Below are positions 34,171-41,963 of a stretch of DNA of 41,963 nucleotides, piece by piece. Origin of the DNA: Octopus bimaculoides (lineage: Eukaryota). Below the pieces are notes generated by a model, which was given only the letters and a program-made list of their open reading frames with translations, was not told where the DNA came from and did no database searches. Position numbers and translations under genes: made by a program. Positions within the stretch are counted from its first letter, which is position 1. Every line of letters starts with the position of its first letter. The stretch covers positions 159,802,753-159,844,715 of the forward strand of contig NC_068982.1 of assembly GCF_001194135.2 (NCBI RefSeq), read 5' to 3'.

Positions 34171-35397
34171 CATGTAGTAAGTAAATAGACGCATTTAATT
34201 TTCAAAATTTCAGATCTAAGCGTCTTAATATGCTTTAAGCTGTGTAGAATTTACAATGAAATTATTTTTTTATTCCCGGTGCCATTATATTGAACATTTG
34301 CGAAGAGTAACCATGCCACGCACAAAACATTCAGCAGAACTGTCAGACTTTCAAAGAGGTTGTATTGCTGGGCAATCTGATGCTGGTCCTAGCCAGCGAA
34401 AAGTTGCCGAAAATCTTCAAATTCCCCTTGCTACTGTTAATAGAATTATAGTGCAATTCAAAAGCCAAGGAAAAGAATCAACAGATTCTTGTCCCGGCCG
34501 ACTTGGGTTCTCCGAAAGGAAGCTTCGCTGTTTGAAGAAAATTGTGGAAAATGAACCCTGTTCCAAGGCTTCTGACATTGCAAAACAGCTAGAAGTTACA
34601 TATCTGCATAAGCTTGAGTATTATGGACGAGGAGCTAGAAGAAAAACTCTCCTTCAACCAATTAATTTCATGAAAAGAAAGAATTGGACCAAGGAGATGT
34701 CAGAAAAATCCAGTTCATTTTGGGATAGAGGGATTTTCTCAGATGAATCCGGATTTGCATTATTTTCAGACAGTGGACGTGTTTGGGTCTGGAGGCTTTC
34801 CAATCAAGAATTTGATTTGAAACGACTCCAACCGGTGGTATCTCTGTAATGGTATGGGGAGCTGTCACCAGCAATGATCCTTCTGAGCTGATCGAATGTG
34901 TTGGAACCATAAAATCTGAAAAATACATCGAAAAACTAAAGCAAGGACTACTTCCGTTGTATTCACACGATAAAATAAAGAAAAATGTGTTTTTATTCTT
35001 GGAAGATGGGGCTCCATGCCACACAGCGAAAAGTAGTCAACAATGGCTGGCTGAAAATGGAATCAAAAAGCTTCCTTGGCCGAGCCAATCTCCTAACATG
35101 AACCGAATTGAAAATATTTTGAGCATAATAGATAGAACTATACGAAAAGCTCGAGCAAAACCTGAATCTAAAGATGGATTGTTTCGATTGTTGCGTGAAA
35201 AGCGGGCAGAAACTCCACAAGAGACAATCACAAAGCTCATCAGTTCAGTGCAAAGTTTCTGAATTAAAATCTGCAAAGGGAATGTCAACTAAATAGTAAA
35301 GTATGTAGTCCTACCTATCGATTACACTTCAATTGTTCGGTTTGCGTATTAAATAAAATATTTTGAAAATTAAAGGTGTCTATTTACTTCCTGCATG
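34171..35397 (+). mobile_element. Tc1-like DNA transposon, near full length
   Basis: 38-bp TIRs (34171-34208 and 35360-35397, 4 mismatches) in a (TA)n context, enclosing a DD34E transposase. Confidence 0.92.
34313..35296 (+). pseudogene. Tc1 transposase (DD34E), frameshifted near 34847
   Basis: MPR...ELSDFQRGCI (HTH), GR, IFSDES, VWGA, FLEDGAPCH, WPSQSPNMNRIEN with exactly 34 residues between D and E; frameshift and late stop. Confidence 0.92.
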
Positions 35398-35399
35398 TT

Positions 35400-35431
<32 letters not shown>

Positions 35432-35950
35432 NNNNNNNNNNNNNNNNNNNNNNNNNNNNNNNNNNNNNNNNNNNNNNNNNNNNNNNNNNNNNNNNNNNNN
35501 NNNNNNNNNNNNNNNNNNNNNNNNNNNNNNNNNNNNNNNNNNNNNNNNNNNNNNNNNNNNNNNNNNNNNNNNNNNNNNNNNNNNNNNNNNNNNNNNNNNN
35601 NNNNNNNNNNNNNNNNNNNNNNNNNNNNNNNNNNNNNNNNNNNNNNNNNNNNNNNNNNNNNNNNNNNNNNNNNNNNNNNNNNNNNNNNNNNNNNNNNNNN
35701 NNNNNNNNNNNNNNNNNNNNNNNNNNNNNNNNNNNNNNNNNNNNNNNNNNNNNNNNNNNNNNNNNNNNNNNNNNNNNNNNNNNNNNNNNNNNNNNNNNNN
35801 NNNNNNNNNNNNNNNNNNNNNNNNNNNNNNNNNNNNNNNNNNNNNNNNNNNNNNNNNNNNNNNNNNNNNNNNNNNNNNNNNNNNNNNNNNNNNNNNNNNN
35901 NNNNNNNNNNNNNNNNNNNNNNNNNNNNNNNNNNNNNNNNNNNNNNNNNT
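35432..35950. other. Assembly gap flanked by (TA)n
   Basis: N run. Confidence 1.
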
Positions 35951-36704
35951 ATATATATATACAATTGCAATTACTGTACGTGGGTATAAAGTATGGTCGA
36001 GTCCGATATAACACCGTTATTATGCACAAATAATACTAAACACTTGTAAATATTTTGTTCCTCAAAATATTCTTTTTTAATATTATTTCATCGATAGAAT
36101 CATTTATAAAGCTACCCTTGAATTAAAATTTCAAACACAATTAATTAGTTATTTTTTCAGACAGTTCTAAACGATTAATCACTTCATGAAATTTTCATTA
36201 GCATAAGAATGTTGATTGATTGACTCATTAGCATTGCAAATAATGATATCAGGACATTATAACATTGGCATGACAACGAATTCAATGCTTGAATTCCCTT
36301 AGGTCTTTAGAATACACTGGTGAGGTTATTATATGTGAATTACGCACTTTACGATATGACTTCATCGATACAATTTCGTAGATTTAAATTAACAGCAAAT
36401 TAACTATATTTAATAAGTGACGGTGTCTTAAAAGTTCATATCACTTCATCGAAACCGACTATTTTCAAGTAATTTAAAATTAATAATGAGTGAAGTCCGC
36501 TAAACCATTAATGCATACTTAAATGGTCTGGCTAGATTTCAATTCACGTTCTCATCGTAAATAAGTATACTATAGACGATCCTTTCATCATGTTTTGTAT
36601 GTGTGTATCTATGTTTGTGTGTGCATGCGTATGTACGCTTGTGTCTGCTTATATATACATATATATGCACATATATATGCATATTAAATGGTCTGGCTAG
36701 ATTT

Positions 36705-36718
36705 AGATCGGAAGAGCG
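36705..36718 (+). other. Illumina adapter remnant (assembly contamination)
   Basis: AGATCGGAAGAGCG, the start of the standard Illumina adapter, sits immediately before the N gap. Confidence 0.9.
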
Positions 36719-36900
36719 NNNNNNNNNNNNNNNNNNNNNNNNNNNNNNNNNNNNNNNNNNNNNNNNNNNNNNNNNNNNNNNNNNNNNNNNNNNNNNNNNN
36801 NNNNNNNNNNNNNNNNNNNNNNNNNNNNNNNNNNNNNNNNNNNNNNNNNNNNNNNNNNNNNNNNNNNNNNNNNNNNNNNNNNNNNNNNNNNNNNNNNNNN
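36719..36900. other. Assembly gap
   Basis: N run. Confidence 1.
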
Positions 36901-36972
36901 TATATATATATATATATATATGCATAGATAGATAGATAGAAAACAAAGTTATTTTATACCACACTGGTGGAA

Positions 36973-37521
36973 ATATACGAAAAACAGAAGTTGAATATGC
37001 ACTGGGAATAGTTAAAATATTTTTTTTATTAATATACTTAAAGCTTTAACCGGTTTCACTGATTTCCAAATTGTTTAAGTTGAAAGACATAGATTATGTC
37101 GCAGCTGACTTACTTCTGACCTGTGTTTGAAGCTTGCCTTATTTCTATAGGAAGTTCATGGCTCAAATTAGTATATGTTATGAATAGGATTTGATTAGTA
37201 GATGATAGTCACATGACTACTCCTAATTTTTTTAGGTTCCCCGCCACGTCCGTGTGCTAGTATCAAGAGACAATGTTTGGCGTCATAAGTTAAGGCCGAC
37301 ATGGATGACTGAACATATCCAAATAATCAATGCTCTGAATGCTTTTTGTCAAGTGTTTACAGAGAATGAACACATGATTAAGTTTAAAACATTTTGTACG
37401 TTTCCCGCTACGTTCGTGCATTAGTGTCACGTGACAGTATATTTTGTGTCTAAAAACAGGGCCGACACGGTTGAGTGAGCATGTTTAGTTGTAATCAAAG
37501 CACTCCAAATTTAATCTGTCT
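36973..37521. repeat. Left arm of ~550-bp inverted repeat
   Basis: Colinear reverse complement of 38563-39120 (e.g. aaagctttaaccggttt, gagaatgaacacatgatta, cactccaaattt); roughly 80-85% identity by eye. Confidence 0.9.
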
Positions 37522-37653
37522 TCTGGGAGAGTGGTCAGGAGCCGTTCATATGTATTCCTATAGCTAAGGTTTAGCTTGCTAGCTGTGTAGCTTCCTCATT
37601 ATAAGTGGGAGAATGAAGCTTGTGTGTGAATAATTATTCGTGCATGTACCCTG

Positions 37654-38562
37654 TTAAAGTTTGTTAAGTGTTGGTTTGTACTTTTATATGAATGTATTTT
37701 CTTTGTTTATCCGAGCTGCATCTGTGATATTCCCTGAATATAGGGAAATTGGGAAGACCTGGAATTGGAGGACTTATTTTTGGCACATATGTCTGTATCC
37801 ACTCATTGGAATCTGTCTAGTACTGGGGTCTCATATATGTTGTCGGTGAATGGTCAGCCCATTTCTTAGAGTAAACTTTATTTCACCTATGCAATCTTCA
37901 TTACATCCTTGACATTTGATAGCGTATATTAAATTCTTTGAAGAACATATAACGTGACTTTTTACGGTAAAATCTGTCCTGATTTGAATTTGATTGCGTT
38001 TTTAATTATTTTGTGTATTTCGAATGCATGTTTCATTCTTGGGTCTTGTTTTAGTAGTGAGATGGCATGGTGGATAATATTGCAAACCTCTGTATTTCTT
38101 GGTTTGTGTGTTGAAGTAAAAGGTAGAGTATTGGATCTATCACGAGTATTTTTCGTTTTCCGTACCTCTTCGATATTTATTGCTTCGGCACGTTCTATTC
38201 CGGTGTCTTTTATCATTAATAGATATTGTCTTTTAAGTTGTCTTTTTAGCTCCTGGAATATCTTATTGCGAGATTTAGGGTTGGAGACAATTTGGCAGAT
38301 TCTTCTTGCTAGATTAAAGGGAATATTATTCTTCATGTTTTTGAGATGGCATGAAGAGAACAGTAAGTATTGTTTAGAATCTACTTTAATCTCTTTTGAT
38401 GATTAGTATATTCAGGAATGGTAGTTGAGTTTTACTGTATTCTATGGTAAAGTTAGTATTATTGTTTATGCCGTTAGTTAAATTTTTTAATCTGTAAGTA
38501 ATTGAAATGTATGGTCCCATTGGAATAGACAGTCATCTAAGTTATCTTTCCCGTTTTCTATT
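37654..38562 (-). pseudogene. Penelope-like element RT C-terminus + GIY-YIG endonuclease, 5'-truncated, decayed
   Basis: Minus strand: NLDDCLF (YxDD), FTIEYSKTQLPFLNILI, DSKQYLLFSSCH, NIPFNLARRICQIV, LPFTST, NLIYAIKCQGCNEDCIGE (GIY-YIG), KYKPTLNKL*. Confidence 0.88.
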
Positions 38563-39120
38563 AGACAAATGAAATTTGGAGTGTCTTGACTATAACTAAA
38601 AATGTTCACTCAAACGTATTGGCCCTCTTTTTAGGTGCAAAATATGCTGTTACGTGTAACTAACGCAAGAATGTACTGGTAAACGTACAAAACGTTATAA
38701 ACATAATCATGTGTTCATTCTCTACAAACACTTGACAGGAAACTTTCAGAATATCGATCATTTGGACATGTTCAGTCAACCACGTCAGCCATAACTTACG
38801 ATGCTAAACGTAGTCATTTGATACTAACACACGGACGTAGCGGGGAAGGTAAAAAAATTTTAAGAGCAGTTATATGACTATCCTCTACGAATCAAATCCT
38901 ATTCAAAACATATACTAATTTGAACCATGAACTCCATATAATAATAGGGCAAGCTTCAAACACTAGTCAGAAGCAAAACAGCTGCAACATAAACCACGTC
39001 TTTCTATTTGAACATTTTAAAAATCAGTGTAAACTGCGAAACCGGTTAAAGCTTTTAGTATATTGATAAAAATTATTTGAACTATTCTCAGTACATTTTT
39101 AACTTCAATTTTTCCTATAT
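38563..39120. repeat. Right arm of ~550-bp inverted repeat
   Basis: See left arm. Confidence 0.9.
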
Positions 39121-39138
39121 CTGTGGGTGTGTGTATGT

Positions 39139-39324
39139 NNNNNNNNNNNNNNNNNNNNNNNNNNNNNNNNNNNNNNNNNNNNNNNNNNNNNNNNNNNNNN
39201 NNNNNNNNNNNNNNNNNNNNNNNNNNNNNNNNNNNNNNNNNNNNNNNNNNNNNNNNNNNNNNNNNNNNNNNNNNNNNNNNNNNNNNNNNNNNNNNNNNNN
39301 NNNNNNNNNNNNNNNNNNNNNNNN
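39139..39324. other. Assembly gap
   Basis: N run. Confidence 1.
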
Positions 39325-41689
39325 ATGAAACAAGTTTAAAACAAAGGTCATAATATTTTTTTCCTTTATTGGATCAAAGTTGGCTTACAGTTGCTTCCAG
39401 TAGCTATTATAGGTACATTACTGATAGGTTTACTCAAATGTTCTATTGACAACCTGAGGAAAAGTTCAACAACCTAAGAAAATTAATGCTACTTACATCG
39501 GAGACATTTCTGATTATAACAAGCAGAGCACTGAAGGAATGGCTATTGTATGGGGAAGGGGAAAGGGAAGAGAAGGTAGAAAGGTGCAAGTAGTGTAGAG
39601 AACAGGAATTCGGGTTGCAAAGGTGCGGAAGGCGGTAAGGGCGTTTTATAAGCAGGAACACTGTATTGCGAAACTTTAGAATGACAGCAGTGATGAAACA
39701 TTAGTGTAGTTTATATACATGTCAACACACATTACAATATTAGCATTGTATTTTGGTGAAATATTCTCAAACTATTGTGATGAATTTTGATATGGGCTTT
39801 TTATGGACCTGACCTATGTTAAAATTGAATCTCTCAAACAAGGATGTATAGTAGTCATCCCCATTTTAAGTAGCTTGAAGATTGAAGGGAGTAGTTTTAT
39901 GTCTAAAAACAAGCGCGGGCTTAACCCTGCAAAGGAAACGAAACGGAAATTCCCGCCTCGTCTATCGGCATAGTTTCTGTCTAGGGCTATAACAAAAGCA
40001 TCATATCACAGTCGTTGGGTAGTATGATTGTCTGATTGAATACATACCCCTCCCAGAAATAGAGACCAAATATCCCTAAAATCTTAGGCTTATAGCTGAA
40101 GAAAAAATTACTGTATACTATGTTGTCGTGGATAAGTGAAGAAAATAATGTACTTATGCCCTGAATAATTTGACCATAGAGAAGAGGGACAATGCTTTTA
40201 TAATTTAATAACTTGATATTTAAAATTATTGCGGAAAATATTAATAATAGTAAAAACAAAATGTGACACAGACCAAATTTCCATGCTACTCTGGTTTGCT
40301 GCATCTGAAGAGAAAAATACACGTTCTCAGAAAACGTATGAGGCATCATTATTACAATTCATTTTATCAGTTCAATATATCTAATTAGTGATTTTAGCTT
40401 ATTTCAATTTGCATCCACTAAATAAAATATTAGGAAAGACAGTTTATTATATATTGACAATAAATGTAATCTACTCAAAATTACTTGAGTATTGTGTAGT
40501 CAATATTCACAATCTCGTCGCTCCCGAATATTATTTATGCAGTTTTACCTCTCCCCTATCCTTGTGTATAATAACATATAGCACTCGCGTAAAGACGCCT
40601 GCGCAGGCCCACTCACACAAACACATACACACATATATATTAAAGAAAATGTTACACGTAAGGCTAGGTGTAACAAATTATAATAACTCACTTCACGCTA
40701 AAGACACAGGAAATGAAAAGCATTTCATGTTTGGAAATTATGCCCGTTCTTCAGAGACACGGGACGAACGAAATCAAAAACATTGAAAGGAAAGTGAAGA
40801 AAAACATTCTTTGGTTTACACCAAACGATGTTTGAAGAGAACGGAAATGAGGTAGAAAAACCATGCCTTTTGCGCATAAGAGCGACAGGTGCACTATCAG
40901 TAAGCCCCTTTTTTGCATGGTTGTATATGTGTCTCTCCTTTGTGTTTTTGTGCATGCATGTTACGTAGTAGATGTTTCTGTGTGCTCTTGATTTATTTGT
41001 GGATATGTGTATGTGGATGTGTGCGTGTGTACACATGTGTGTGTCTCATTAAGTTTTAATTGCTGTAAAGTGTATGTGTTAATGGATGAATTAAATCGAG
41101 ATGAGTCGCGAGGCTAAGGTATTAGTGTTTACTTACAGCGAAGACATGGGATGTTACCTCCATATATATATTCTCAAAACATTCACGTCCATTACGTAGC
41201 AACACACACACACTCGTTCTACATCCATGCATTCATACACATAGACTAAAAATCAAACATTAAAGCTAAAAGAAACATGCGCATGTCTATTTATAACGGG
41301 GAACACACTCACGCATAGAATCATGCACATAATTGCTGGCAATTACCAATCTTGTTTAACTCCAACACATAAAAAGAAACATTCTTTTCCCACCCAACCT
41401 CTGATTATTTCACATGAAGCCATTCACATGAATCAATCTAATTATTTATTTAGCCTATACTAATTTTATTCTTTTAGACGCTATTTCTGAATGTGCTCTC
41501 GAGGAGTTTACGAGTAAAGATCAAGGACATTTTTTTGTTTTACTTAACCGTCAGCCTTAAATATGTGTGGTTACATTTCGGGATGGTGATGTTTTTTCTC
41601 TTTTTTTTTTCTTTTTGTGCCGAATATATGAAGAAATCGAGACAAGTAACTTGAACTTCAATACTAACATACAGCCAGTGTTAGAAGCT

Positions 41690-41751
41690 TATAAACATTA
41701 GATAAATCCTGCCTCCGTCTTTGGAGAGGGTGGATTTACCTAATGTTTATA
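41690..41751. repeat. Compact hairpin (19/20-bp stem)
   Basis: tataaacattagataaatcc (41690-41709) pairs with ggatttacctaatgtttata (41732-41751); inner cctcc/ggag pairing. Confidence 0.85.
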
Positions 41752-41920
41752 TACTTCCACTACTGGTTGCGTATCCTTGACTTTTCGCTAACTATATCTG
41801 CCAGCATTATGACATAAATCCGAGTCCCCAGAAATAGGCATCGGACAGGTAACACTATACCTTCTCCCATTAATTGTTCTCTATCTCAGTACTCTCTGTA
41901 AGTCTACTCTCTTAAATATA

Positions 41921-41928
41921 TATATACA

Positions 41929-41963
<35 letters not shown>
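41921..41963. repeat. (CATA)n/(TA)n microsatellite
   Basis: Direct reading. Confidence 0.95.

Noticed and set aside
1538-39353. Long ORFs in the track spanning N runs or made of YI/CV/HT/N/Y repeats
   Set aside because: Artefacts of gaps and microsatellites; no coding signal.
39443-39661. Short ORFs in a purine-rich stretch
   Set aside because: Low complexity, no splice support and no recognisable domain.

Overview
AT-rich, microsatellite-dense eukaryotic (animal) genomic DNA from a gapped short-read assembly (7 N-gaps, one Illumina adapter remnant). The tRNA/CORE-type SINE family and the repeat landscape suggest an octopus (inference, not verified). No host gene can be called with confidence; almost every ORF in the track is a microsatellite, N-run or transposon artefact. 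The window is a transposon graveyard: three SINE copies, CR1/L2-group and Dong/R4-type LINE fragments, a mariner and a Tc1 (DD34E) fossil, MITE- and HINE-like repeats, and several Penelope-like (PLE) relics. Most interesting: (i) two head-to-tail copies of a gag/ORF1-only non-LTR element with no ORF2; (ii) a ~550 bp near-perfect palindrome carrying two back-to-back variant type I hammerhead ribozymes, with related variant hammerheads elsewhere; (iii) a Penelope RT/GIY-YIG fragment enclosed by ~550 bp inverted repeats; (iv) a Dong-type 3' fragment copied together with its downstream flank between 20-bp direct repeats. All family names come from motif recognition by eye, not from database searches.
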